Positions 1-12,989 of a stretch of 64,000 nt of DNA are shown here, piece after piece. The notes under the pieces were generated by a model. That model worked only from the letters and a program-made list of their open reading frames with translations. It was not told the origin of the DNA and made no database searches. Origin of the DNA: Lama glama (taxonomy: Eukaryota); assembly GCA_028534125.1 (NCBI GenBank), contig CM052818.1, positions 13,022,001 to 13,086,000 on the forward strand. The letters are read 5' to 3'. The number at the start of each line of letters is the position of its first letter. The stretch's first letter is position 1. The translations under genes were made by a program, and so were the position numbers.

Positions 1-519
1 ACTGACAGCGAGGTGTTGGGGGGGCAGGCCTTAGCACACGATTAATCCTCCGTTCCAAAATGGACAGTTCATCTTCATGCTTTAGAACTTCCGAAGATTT
101 TAAAGAGACTGCATCAGCATCTCCTAAAATTCCCTTTGTTTCACTGACAGCTTTAAAAGATCGTCTTCCCTGGCTGCAAAATTGCAGACGTCATTTTTAA
201 TGATCGATGTTATTTGTCATCCCAGAGGATGATCTAGGGTGAGAATTACAAAGATGCCTTTATGAGACAGGGCCAGGAGGCCAGAGTAAATCAGCGGATG
301 GTTTTACGGCGATCCAAGTGACAGAGCTGAAGTAATCGCGTGGAAAGTGACACCAGACTCTAAATAACACTCCCTTTCACATCGCCTCTGACCTACGGCT
401 CATTTGTTCGCGTTGCCTCTAACCCAACATGCCTTCTGTCCAGAGCATGGGAGAACACTCAGTGAATCACTGCCTGATGGACAATGGCCTTCAGCCTCTG
501 CTGTATCAGTAACCAGCGG

Positions 520-585
520 TATGACTTATTCCGCATCACTTAACTTCTCTGAGCCTCAGTTTCCACAACTGTGAAGTGACCTCTA
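520..585 (+). mobile_element. MIR SINE fragment
   Basis: cacttaacttctctgagcctcagtttcc matches the MIR core. Confidence 0.7.
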
Positions 586-1279
586 CTCTAGTGCAAAGGT
601 GCTGTGATGCTGTGCTTTGTCCTTGACGAGAAACATCTTATGGTCCACTAACTACATCCTTCATTACCACAACTGAAAGCTGGCTGAACACCACAGATGC
701 TAAAAATCTTCAATGTCAGAAACTATACAGTAACACCCTCTAGAAAACATTATCCTGGGATCAGTTTAAGCAACAATGCCCTGCCTAGTTAAGAAAGCCT
801 GACAAACACTAATTATCCTCATTAAGTTAATTTGGTTTCCCAGACCATCACTGACATCCAGAAATCAAAGGCTAACACTCTAGGCTGGAGTCTTTTTGGA
901 GGAAATCCACAAATATAGTTTCTGGAGCCTAATTAAACATAGCTACCAAAAGAATGGTTTTTGACTTTCCTTTTATATGAAGAGAATGTACAGTTGGATA
1001 TCAGGAAGTAGGTCAGACCCATCATAACCCTGTGCCAGCCTGCCCAGGTCACTTGTGGGGCCTGGAATGGAGTATAAATGAAGGTCCATCGACCATTATT
1101 AATAGTGTTTGTGCTCGTCAGGGACCTTTAAAGCTTGGGGCTCATAGCTGGGGCTTCTAAAAGGGGCCCTCTGTCACCCCTCTTTGGAGAAGACTTGGGT
1201 TCCAAATCACAGTCTACCCCCCTACCCACTGTGATGTATCATCTGTGCCTTTGTGAAAATAAAAACCCTCACATGGGTA

Positions 1280-1892
1280 TTGTACGAGGTTTCTATTATT
1301 GCCAAAACAACTTACCACAAACTTACAAACTTAAAACAACCCCCACTTAATATCTCCCAGTTTCTGTGGTTGCCTGCATTGGTCTCACAAGGCCAGCATC
1401 AAGGTGTCAGACAAGCTGCACTCTAAACTAGAGGCCACAGGAAGAACCCACTTCCAGCCTTGTTTAGATCATTGGCCGAATGTAGTTCCTTGCCATTGTA
1501 AAGTTGAGGTCCCTACTCCCTTGCTGTCCATCAGTCGAGAATTGCTTTTAGCTCCTAAAAGCCACTTGCATTCCTTAGCACATGGTCCCCCATCTTCAAA
1601 GCCAGAATTGTGCATCAAATCTCCCTCATACTTCAAACCTCTGACTTCCCCTTCTACTGCCAGTCAGAGAAAACTCTCTACTTTTAAAGGGTTTATGTAA
1701 TGAGATTAGACCCAACCCGATAATCCAGAATAATACCCCTACTTTAAAGTCAGTTAATTAGTATTTTGATTATATCTTCAAAGTCTCTTTTGACAGATAA
1801 CAACATATTCATGGGTGTGATATCATATTCGCAGTCACAGGGTTGAGGGCAGAAAATCTTGGGTGGGGTGCATTTTTAGAATTATACCTACA
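1280..1892 (-). mobile_element. MaLR LTR (MLT1D/E-like)
   Basis: Typical MLT1 motifs: ttaccacaaactta...cttaaaacaac, tcaaggtgtcag, catcttcaaagccag, gattagaccca...gataatccag. Confidence 0.8.
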
Positions 1893-2289
1893 AAAATAGG
1901 TACCTAGATCTAAACATTCTCCAAATTATCTTCCTGTGATAAAAGCCTTACAAACATAACTCTTAAAAAAGAGGAGAGAACATTAGGCACTTGGAGGTTT
2001 ATCCACATGCCTGTCAAGGTGATGGATAGGGGCTGCTCCAGGAAGCAGATGCCCCAAAGAGGACGGGAATCCCCATCAACTCCATCATTCCGTGGGACAG
2101 ATTTGGGGGCGTCAATAAAACCACTCCACAAGTCACTCTGCTAAGCAGAGGAAAATGCGGGAGAAAGGATGTGGGATTACACTTTCAAGACTGCAACTTC
2201 AGGGGAATGTAAAGGAGCCAGTCAGTTTTAACAAATAAGGAAAAATTGTGACAATTCAGTAATATGGAAAACAGTGCAGTGCCAGCATA

Positions 2290-2990
2290 TCTCTACAGCA
2301 CTGACAGACAGCACACAGACACAAAAGAAAGACACCAAAGATGGAGCATATTCAAATGCAAACTACTTATATACAAATAAAAGGCAATCCACTATCATAA
2401 AGTAAATTTATGGATTTAAGAGCTAAATAGTAGGGGGAAATATATCTAATAAAATAACACAAAATATAAGTGATGTATATCTTCTCTCAAGCTGACAAAA
2501 GGCTTTTTAAGATTAAAAGCAGAGCAGGAAATCGAAGAGGAAGTATGATATTTTTACTACATACATTTTAAAACTTATGTACAGCTAAAAACAACCATAA
2601 AGAAAAGAAAAATGTAATGAGAATTTAGGAGAAATAAAATATATGTATTTTATTATGAGAGATGAAACAAACAGGGGCTAATAAATTTAACATATAAAAG
2701 CTCATAGAGGTTAATAATTAAGTTAATGCAACAATAGGAAAGTGATCAGAGGACCCAGACTAGGAATATATAAAAGAAGAAATACAAATGACTGGTAATC
2801 ATATGAAAAAAATCTAACTTACCAGTAACCAAAGTAAATATAAAAATAGTATAAGCAGTAAAATTCGATTTACTGCCTATGAAACTGATAATTAAAATAA
2901 TACATATACTCATACATAGTAAAATATATATAATATATAGTAAAATAATATGTACTGAATAATAAATATATATGATAATAAATACACATA

Positions 2991-3038
<48 letters not shown>

Positions 3039-3295
3039 CTGGTACCATGTGCATGTTAATAAGGGTGTGGAAGGGTAACAAAGTGTGTGAAGAAGCAAAT
3101 GCTCTTATCTTATGCTACAGGGAATGTACGTTGGATTCAATCTTCCTATAAAACACTTCTGAAATAAAACCTCAAATGTGTATATATCCTTTCTTCTAAA
3201 ACATTTACTTACAGAAATATTTTATAAGGAAATAATCAAGGATGTGCACAAATATCTATCTGTAAAAATCTTCATCCAAGCATTAGTCATTATAG
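2290..3295 (+). mobile_element. Old degenerate L1M 3' fragment, interrupted by AT-rich/(TA)n sequence
   Basis: A-rich, with L1 ORF2-end/3' motifs (aaaagaagaaatacaaatgact, gggaatgtacgttggattcaatcttc, aaggaaataatcaaggatgtgcacaaa). Confidence 0.6.
2996..3033. repeat. (TA)n microsatellite
   Basis: Direct reading. Confidence 0.95.
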
Positions 3296-4296
3296 TGCTT
3301 CCTTGTCTATCTTTGACCCTGGAAGCCCTGTGCCAGCCTCTGGAATGAAACAAAGTCTCATCAGGCATTCGTCCTCAGGGTATCTGGCCCCCACGGTCTC
3401 ACCTGATAATGTCAGGGAGAACCAGGTATCCCGACGTGGGCTCCCTCTTAAGTCTTTCTCTTCTTCCTTTCATCTCTCTGGGGATCTCTGGGTTCCTCAG
3501 AGCTACTGGAAGGCAAAGCTCTGGCCCTGCAGCTGCCCCTGCCGCCCATGCCTCCACCAGACCACTGCCGGACCCACAATTTCTTGGTGTTCCTCAGGTT
3601 GAAAACCTTCCATGTGGTAAACCACGCTGCCTTCCCTTCAAACCTTATCAGGCTGAATCATGCTGTGTTTTGCATAAACATGGAAGAAAATGTTCTCTTG
3701 TTAGGGTTCAGAAGTGGATTTCAGCTAGGACCTTTCTCACTATTTCTTTAGAGATTAAGGTATACCATTATGTAGATTAAAAAGAAAATCTGGAGGGAAG
3801 GTCTGTGGTTCAAGTGTCAAATTCTTGCCAACAATGAAAAGTAAAGACCAAAAGAGTCTTAGTTTACTTCACCAGCGCCACCTGATTCCTCTGTGGGCAT
3901 TTTTCATTTTAGTAGCCATCTCACTTCTTATTTCACTCACTTTCATTGACATTTATTTTATATTCAAAGGTGTTATTAAAAAGGTAAAGACTCTGTGGGA
4001 AGGGCATTATATAAATGTGAATTCATCGATCTGACTCTTCTAAGCAGTAGGTGGCACTGAAAATGGTACTATAATTGAATTTTAATCATTAAAATATTTC
4101 CCCCTAATGCTCTGTCCCCTTTTACAACTGAAGAGCAAATGTAATTTGTGCTCAAGAGATATCAAGTGTCTTTAATTCTGAATCCACTTAATTGGTGAGT
4201 TAGGGATTTCAAAACACATCCCGGAGCATTTCAAATTTTAAGAAAAACTAAGAAAATCAAAACCATCCTGGAACCTCCAGAATATTGATCTAGCTC

Positions 4297-4617
4297 AGGG
4301 GTAAGAAATGATGACCTACAGGCCAAATTGGATCCACTGCCTATTTTTGTATAACCCACAAGCTAAGAGTAATTTTTACATTTTTAAATACGGGAAAAAA
4401 GAAGATTGTTATAAGACACATGAAAATTTATAAAAATTCAAATTCTGGTGTCAATAAAGTTTTACTGGAACATGGAAAGGATCATTCATTTGTATATTAT
4501 CTGTGAAAGTTTTCACACTAGAACAGCAGAACTGAATAGTTGTTACAGAGACATATGGTCCACAAAGCATGAAATATTTACTATCTGGCTCTTTACAGAA
4601 AAATTTGCCAATCCCTG
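4297..4617 (+). mobile_element. MER58-like hAT DNA transposon
   Basis: caggggtaag...caggccaaatt...aataaagttttactggaac...tttactatctggctctttacagaaaaatttgccaatccctg. Confidence 0.8.
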
Positions 4618-4839
4618 ATTTGTTTAATTATTTCTGACATTTGTAATTTGACATAAAGAAACAGAAAATAAAAACATGTGGATAAAATATCCCTCAAAAT
4701 ATCTCAGGTTGGAAAAGAAGTGAAAAAGAGTCTATATATAAATATATTTAGTATACCACTTACACAGATAACCATTAAGTTCTAAATTTTTAGAAAACTT
4801 TGGCAGATAGAAACAAGTGAAAATATATAGTCATATTGG

Positions 4840-5015
4840 AAAGAGTGTCAAGTTTAGATGATGACAAAAACTGGGATAAAATCTAGCTTTAGTGCTTACC
4901 AGCTGTGCAACCTTAAATGCATTGCTTAGCTTCTCTGAGTCTGATTTCTTAACTGTGAAAAGGAAATGAAAAAACTCACCTCATTAAAGTCAGAGTGAGG
5001 ATTATAAATAAGTAA
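4840..5015 (+). mobile_element. MIR SINE
   Basis: cttaccagctgtgcaacctt...cttagcttctctgagtctgatttc...gtgaggatta. Confidence 0.7.
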
Positions 5016-5439
5016 AATACCCTGGTTTCATGACTGAAATCTACCCACCTTTTTAGTGAATGATATCAATAGTGTGGTGGTTTTGGTCAGTCTCAAGAAT
5101 GGAAGTCTCAAGAATGACTCCATGTGTGAGGGAGTGGGCTCCCCTGCCATTTTCTGAAATGTGGAAGACGGTTTTGAGGGTAAAATTAAAGAGTGCTGTT
5201 CTGGACATGTTCCTAAAGTTCACCAACAGATTGAGGTTGGGTGGAGGAAGATCTCGTCCTCACCAGCTAAAGTGGCTGACATAGAAGGAAATTCCAGTTA
5301 AGTGTGAAACTAAGAAGTCAAAAAAATGAAGAGGAGAAGCCTTTAAGAAGAAGACAGTGGTAAGTTGTATTAAAAAAAAAACCCTGCCATTATCATTATT
5401 CTTACCATGAAAAAACATTTCTATGGGGGCTCATGTGTC

Positions 5440-5712
5440 CCCTCCTCTAAGTGGTCATCTCTGACTATCACAACTGGCCACCGTCGATTGGTCTCTAAGA
5501 CATCACTATAGTCATTTTATTCAAAGAACTTACCACAGTTGCTAAATTCCTTATTTAATTGTTTACAGTATGGATCTCATATTTAGAAAGTTTCACAAAA
5601 TCAGGGACCCTGTCTCTTTCATTCCTCACTGTATTCTCAGTGACTAGAGGAGTTCTTAGCATATAATAAATGTTCAATTAATACCTGCCAAGTGAATGAA
5701 TGAGTGACTGAA
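5440..5712 (+). mobile_element. L2 LINE 3' end
   Basis: cagggaccctgtctctttcattcctcactgtattctcagtgactag...aaatgttcaattaata...gaatgaatgagtgactgaatg. Confidence 0.75.
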
Positions 5713-5924
5713 TGTCTGGTAGCTTCCTATTCTTTCCACCATCAGGAACTCCTTTCCTCTCTCATCTCTTTTCTTTCCTTGATGGTCTCTTTTAAAGTCT
5801 CTTGTCAAGCTCATTTAATAATACATTATACTCAAATGGATAGTTCAAAACATTTATATAATTTGACCTTCCTTCACCTTTGGAGGATGGTAAGAGAAAC
5901 AGCCCATCTCTGTTTTATAGAAAC

Positions 5925-6100
5925 AGTAACAGAAGAAAACTGGACCTGGACCCAGGAATCCTGACTTCACATACAGGTTTATACTCTTATCATCTCTGTC
6001 ATTCTAAGCAACTTTCTAAGTTTTTCTAAACCTCAATTTTCTCATCTGCAAAATGGGGATAATACTACGACTTCAACTTCAAAAGTTTACTATAAGGACA
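5925..6100 (+). mobile_element. MIR SINE
   Basis: cctcaattttctcatctgcaaaatggggataatact. Confidence 0.75.
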
Positions 6101-7014
6101 AACAGCACAGTGCAGGCATGTGCCTAATAGCAGTAGTAATAGCAGTAGCAGTAGTAAGTGTATTATTTAAACACAATTTAAAGCAAATTCACATTCAGGT
6201 GAAAGAAAAATCTGAGCCTTGAAGCTGGTATATTGGCCAAATCCTTCAGCAACAAACACTGTTAAAAATGAAAATCCCCATAAAATGAAAATCTCCTCAA
6301 GCCTCAATCAGCCACTTGCTTATTATCTGAATTTTGCTTATCACAATAGAGCTACAGTACTACAAGAGGCTTTGAATACTACCTTGAAATCTACTTGACT
6401 CAACTCCATGAATTACAGAGGAGTCACAGGGTCTGTCATTTCATTAGGAAATCGAGCCATATTTGGAGTAGACAATGTTTTTATTGAACTATCATGAGGA
6501 TCAAAATATGCTACCGCACAATTTAATTAAAAATGTTTTCTTTCAAAGAGGAACTTGCTACAGCACTCAAAATTCTTAGAGCAAGCTCGTGAAGGAAGTT
6601 TCCAGATCTTGAGGCCCAACTTACACTAGAGAGAGCAGCACTCACTTCATGGAATTTCCAGGCTCAAGAGACCTGAGCCACAGTTCTGAAATTATGCCCA
6701 CAGGCACCACCTGGTTGCAAGAATGTTATCAAGTGCATGCTAAATTTAATAACGTGACATACTCTAACGTTTCCTTCTTTTAGGGCACTTCTCTGCCTCT
6801 GTCCCTATAAAGGAAGAGTAAATCTTTACTCACCTTGCACATGCTCCCTTGGTTTGGTCACACCTAACAATCTGGCCCTTGAACACTGTATCGGGGGAAG
6901 TACTTTGGCTTCCTATGGTCTTCTGAGAGGTCATGGTGGGGGTTATTTTGTTCTGCAAACCTGAATCTGGCTTCTGCATCTAGAGGATTCTAAGCTTCTT
7001 GAGGTCAGGAACTC

Positions 7015-7478
7015 TAGATCAGTTTGCTCTCACTGCATAATAAACCACATCAGAACTCAGTAGCTTAAAAATCACAGCCTGTTACTCTAGAAGCCACTGG
7101 ACAATTCTTCTGATCCCTGCTGATCCCTTAGGGATCTGCAGTCAGCAGCTCTGCTCTGGAAGTTCACTGGCTACAGGCCGGGATCCCTTGTTTCTCTCCA
7201 TGTGCTCTCTCATCCCCCAGCACAAAACGCCCAGGCAGGATTACACGAGAACAAGGGGTGGGTGCAGGACCCCTTGAAGCCTAGCTTTGAGGGTAACTAC
7301 ACATCGTCACTTTTGCTGCATTTTGTTGGCCTAAGCCCATCCCAAGGCCAAGTCAGATTCAAGGGGTGGAAAAATATTCCTGAGTTCAGGAAGAGGGCAG
7401 CTGCAAGATCCCATTGCAAAAGGTGTGGATACAGGGAGGAGTGGAAATGGAATCAATTTAGCAATTAGTCTACCACAA
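7015..7478 (-). mobile_element. MaLR LTR (MLT1-like)
   Basis: ctgcataataaaccac...aactcagtagcttaaaa...cccaaggccaagtcagattcaagggg...gcaattagtctaccaca. Confidence 0.7.
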
Positions 7479-9074
7479 GCTACTATGTGTTTGTGACTCA
7501 AGCTCCAGTGCCAAACCCACCCTGCTTCTGGTCCACAGGATGTGCTCAATACATAATTACTGAAGGAGCGATGGAATGTTGCCCTTGGGCTTGAGCCCTG
7601 GGCCTTCTCTTATTTCTCACTACCACCCCTGATCAAATCACAGATTTAAGCCGCTTTGATCTTCTCTTCCTTTCTTCCCATAGATGTACTCTGGTCTTAG
7701 CCTAGCCTGGATGGCAGCCAGAAAACTGCCAACATCACCAGGACAATACTGAGTCATCATTATCATTACCAAAGAAAAAACCTAATGAAAATATTTTCAT
7801 TCTGGGCAGATTTGAACACTTAAACTGCTTCCTTACTTTGCATTTGAAAATGGGTGAGAGAATTAAACTTCCCACAAACTGATGTTTTACAAGAATGGGG
7901 AAAAAAATACTGTGTCACACACACATACCAAACCCATCTCTAGGTTCTTTAAGCATCTTTTTGTTATTATTATTTTGTTTAAGCATCACAATATTACCCC
8001 ACTGGAAAGATTCAGAGGGGCAAAATAACATCCCCCTAAACACCCAGACAGTAAGTGACAGAATTGACTCCAGGTCACACATTTTCTTCTACAGCATGTG
8101 TCCTTTCGGGGCTATGAAAAGTCAAGCCATAAGTTCGAATCTTCAAGCAGCCTAAATCAGGGAAGGTCATGAAACCTAGGATAAGGGTGCTGGGTTATTA
8201 ATTAGTATCCACGAGGCAAGCCAACCTCAGATCCCTTTAGTGGTCAGAGCCCCTAAGAGTTCTGCAGCAAAAGGCAGAGGAAGACAGCTTTACCTCTGCA
8301 TCCTCTGTATCTGGGACAAGAGAAGGGCTGATGAAAGACAGGCCCCGCAAGCTCCAACTGGCTGGCAAAAAGTTAAGGTGTGGCCCGAACAGATGCCTGA
8401 ATCCCAGGGAGAGGCCAGTCACACAGCCTTTACGGGATGAAAAACACTTGTTTCTGGCCACAGAGTAACTGTTTTGTTCAGGAAATTGATGAAATTTTCT
8501 TTGCATTAAATCTAGCCCCAGATAACAACAATTTAAAAATTCTCTGTTCTAGACCTTCTATTATAACAACCTCCAAAGGCCCATTCAAATTCCTTGATGA
8601 ACCAGAATGTTTTTTCATCAAATCTTCTTGAAGTAAAGCAGAAATTGTATGACAACATGACATGAATACTGAACTGGGAGGTCAGGAGGCCTGGTTCTAA
8701 TACCAAATCTTGCATAACTTTGAACAAAATCCTTCATATCTCTGGGTACCATTCTGTTCATAGAGCAAATCAAAACTATCATTATTCCAGACCTATACCC
8801 CGAGTACCCGCCAACTCAAAACATTTCTTCAGACAGATTAGCTGGTTCATTTTCATACACAGATTTCCATGCTTTAGATCATAAGACCACAGCTTTTTGC
8901 ACCAAGATCAACCCCTGACCCAAAAAGCAGCCATCTATAGGCTGGCTGGTGACCTCTGCCCAACAAGAAGAGGCTATCCTACATGGTGTCCTTGGCCATA
9001 TGCCTTCTCTGCTAACTTGAAACCAACTGAAGTCACTTCTACACCACATTGTGAATATCAACTATTCCTTTTTA

Positions 9075-9975
9075 AATAAATTTCTCCAAAATACATGCAA
9101 CAACTCAACGACAAAAATGCAAACCAATTACAAAATAGGCAAAGGACTTGTATAGACATTTCTCCAAACAAAGATATACAAATGACCAACAAGCATGTGA
9201 AAAGATGCTCAACATTATCGGTCATTAGAGAAGTGCAAATCAAAACCACACTGAGCTGCCACTTCATCCCCACTATGATGGCTAAAATCAAAAAGATGGA
9301 CCAAAAAAGTGTCAGAAATGTGGAGAAATTAGAACCTTCCTAGACTGCTGGTGGGAATGTAAGAAGGTGCAGCTGCTTCGGAAATTGGTTTTCAGTTGTA
9401 TGGAAGGTTAAATATAGTTACCATATGACCCACTAATTCCACTCCTAGTTAGAATTCCGAAAGAATATTTCTATTCTATTTCTATTTTCACATATGTTCA
9501 CACAAAAATTTGTACACAAATGCTTACAGCAGCATTATTCATAATAGCCCAAAACTGAAAACAATACAAATGTCCTTCAACTGATGACTATATAAACAAA
9601 ACGTGGTACATCAATTCTGTGGATTTTTATTCAGCTTTAAAAAAAGAATGAATTACTGATAACGTTCTATAATATCAATGAACCTTGAAAATATACTAAG
9701 TGAAAGAAGCCAGACACCAAAGGCCACATACTGTATGATTATGGTCACATGAAATGTCCAAAACAGGAAAATCTATAGAGACATAAAGTAGATTAGTTGT
9801 TTCCAGGGAAGGGGACCCATTAGCCCCTGTAAATGGGTACAGGGTTTCCTTTGGTGTGATGAAAATGTACTTGAATTAGCTAGTGGTGATGATATTTTTC
9901 AGTATACTAAAAACAAATGAATTGTACATTTTAGAAAGGTAAATTAATGGCATGTGACTTATCTCAATTTTTTCA
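9075..9975 (+). mobile_element. L1MB-like LINE 3' end
   Basis: ORF 9095..9343 resembles the ORF2 C-terminus (DIQMTNKHVKRCSTLSVIREVQIKTT). 3' UTR motifs include gaaagaagccagacaccaaaggccacatactgtatgatt. Confidence 0.88.
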
Positions 9976-10611
9976 AGTTTAAAGGAAATCCTTGTGACAT
10001 AAATATTAGTATTATCTTTTTGTATACTTATGAAGAAACTAAGATTACAAAGTTTAAATGATTTACTCTAGGTCTCATAGTACATGCACAGGTGGTTACT
10101 CAGATTTTATGCCTCCAAAGTATGTACACAAAATAATATATATGCATGCATTTAGGTAAATATTCTTATATTTATATGTAAAAATGCATGTATGTTTTGC
10201 AGAAGGAGTGACATATTCCATTCATTTTCTTTCAATTAACAGCAATGTATCCAATTTAGTCTGTGCTAGGCACCAAAGATATAGGAAGAAAGAAAAAGTG
10301 GCCCCTGCCCGCAATTACTTTACTGAATGACTCTAGTGAATTACTTTAGCTCGTTAACTGTGCATGAAACAATGAAAGTCTACTCCAGACCTTTAAATAA
10401 ACTCAACCTCCCCACACAAGACCAGCCAACACAGACAACTCACTGCTATCATGAGACCTCTGTGTTCCTGACCTGCACTCCCTTAACACTTTCTTCCTTT
10501 AACTACAAACTCTGTCTTGGTCCTGACATTGATCCTATCTCTGACTCTCTGTAAAGGGAATCTCTCTGTCCTTGAGCTCCCCACATCTCCCAGGTGTCAC
10601 CAATAGCTTCA

Positions 10612-10785
10612 GATCAGTTTCTCTACTGCAGCACAATTAACATTTAGGACCAGGTCGTTTGGGGGACTGTCCCATGAATTATAGGATGTTTAGTTCGTCT
10701 CTGGCCTCTACCTACTGATGGCAGTAGCAACCTCCTCCCTGGCTGTGACAAACAAAATGTGTTTAGACATGGCATATGCCCAGTA
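10612..10785 (+). mobile_element. MER20-like hAT DNA transposon
   Basis: gggggactgtcccatgaattataggatgtttag...ctggcctctacctactgatggcagtagca...tgtgacaaacaaaatgtgtttagacat. Confidence 0.75.
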
Positions 10786-11519
10786 GGTTAAGCACCACTT
10801 CTTAGCCTGACATTTACTCTAAGGCTCTTCCAGGACAGAACTTGGAAAACTCCCCCTTCTAAACCATGCCTCTCTAAATCAATCCCCAGGAGCCGTGCAC
10901 AACCACTGTGGCACCAGGATGCTGTTGAAGTGGTGGGTTAAATTCCTTTAAAACCTGTTTTCAGTGCTCTTCCTCAATTAGCTCTTTCTAGCTCTGTCCA
11001 ACCACAATATCTATAGTATGTCTCCTGAAGAGCTCTCTCTACCCCCAGAGAAATGCCCCTGTTGGATTATTTTAGTTCCTGGATCCAGCATCAGCACTGG
11101 GTTCCCCTGAAGAGGACGTAAGACAGGCTGGGAGGGCGTCTGCTCACTAGATGCACTGACTGGTCCATTCCTGATCTGCTCTCCTGCACCTTCCATACAA
11201 GCACCAGCTACAGGGCAGCACTTCAGTGAGGGAGCTGCCACAGCTAAGAATGAGTGGATAGGAAAAGGTCTCTGCCAGGCCCTGAGGTGAGGTGTTCTGG
11301 GTCTAAATCTGGAATGCAACAAGGAGCTTTCAATCCACCAGGGGCAGGACAAATGTGAAGAATGGGCCACAGAAATCTGCCCACAAAGCAAATAGTTCTG
11401 GATGAATCATCTGCTTCTGGACTTTTCTGTTAGGAAAGGCAGCCTATTCAAGATAATCCTGAGGAAAAAATTCTATTGTTAACTGCCCTGTGGAGGGCCA
11501 GTTCTTGTCAAAATTGTGA

Positions 11520-11900
11520 AATGGACTGTTCTGAAACTGATGGAAACTCTATTCATCTAACTTGGCCTAAAAAGGGAAGTGACAGGCTCACGTTGTTGGG
11601 AAGAAGCGGTGGGCCAGGTTCAGAACCAGAGGAATCCTCAGGGCTCTCCCTCCCTCTCTCATCTCTTTGCTCCCATGCCTGTTTCCTTGTAAGGCATACT
11701 CTCTCCTTGTGGTGACACAGGGTCATCGTTGGCATCTGGTTGTGATTGTTTATATCAATTGTCAAAATGACTCTGATAGGCTCTCCCTGAGTCACATCTG
11801 GACCTCCAGACCTATCACTGGATCAACAGTCAGGCATGGGGACAGGCCCACTAACACTATTTGATTTGGATGTCAGAAGAGGGAAGGGCTGCTGGGAAGA
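11520..11900 (-). mobile_element. Old MaLR LTR remnant (MLT1J/K-like)
   Basis: Weak motif resemblance (ctctgataggctctccctgagtcacat...cctatcactg). Confidence 0.4.
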
Positions 11901-12989
11901 TAAGAACGAGAGAGCCACTCATCAGCTGTGAAGCGGCTTTATGGTTTCCCCCTAGTCCTGCTCCATCCTGGTCCCATAAGGCAATTACCGTCTTCTCACT
12001 GCCCACGCACTATCCAACACTCACCTCAGCTCTCCTTGTGCCCATAAATACTCTATGTCCCTCCACTCTGTACTGTGCAGCCTTCAAATCCCACCCCTCA
12101 ATGAGGATTCAGTGCATAAACTTGGAGCCTGTGACTGGAATGTTTAGAGCCTCCTGTAGAAATAGCAGAAGGTCAGAGCCCATCCAAGTACATCACGTAC
12201 GCAGCTATCTTACCTGAGTGAGCCAAAACGTTATCACTTCATTTATCAGAACTCACGTCAGAGTTTCAGGATCCTCTCCAAGGTGAGCTCTTGAAAAGAA
12301 TGGCTGCCAAGTCTTAGTTTCTAGAGAAGTCTGGCATTTGTCTTATCCATTGAGACCAACTGAGGCTTAAAACTGTTAGGATCACAGCAGTGGAGGTCTG
12401 AGCCTGGAAACAGAGCTTTCCCCAAGGTAACGGCTGCCAAAGTGGCCCCTCACGGCCCTCACTGGAGGGAAAGTCCCCGAGAATCAAGCCAACACTGCTG
12501 GGCCTGTTCTGTGCTCCAAGTTGGACCAGAGGACCAATAAACAGTGAAAAACCATACTAGACCACCAAGAGGCCACAATCCATCATCCCTCACACTCAGG
12601 AAAATGTCACCTTCCTTACATAACTCTCAGCTTCGCTAGATTATTTTTTGTTGTGCTGTGTTTTTTAATAGTAATTGGACCAGAAGGATCATTAAAAAAT
12701 CCTCTCAAAACCAGAGATCATAAAACTCAGAACAGTATGTTGGCCTCTACAGGCTAAAATAGACTCTCCAACATGTCTTCGTTTCTTGCTACTGTATAAT
12801 AGGTTTTTAGGGGTTTCTTGCTTGTTTGTTTTGCGTTTGATGTGGGCCATTCTTTCAACATGGAAGTGCTGACAGTGTCTGGGGAAGCCCAGATCCCTGC
12901 CTGTGCCCAAGGAGCTCCTGGTCTAGCAGGGCAGGCAGACCCACAAACAAATGCAGGGTGTCCTCTGTAGTCAGTATCGTTGTCTGAGC

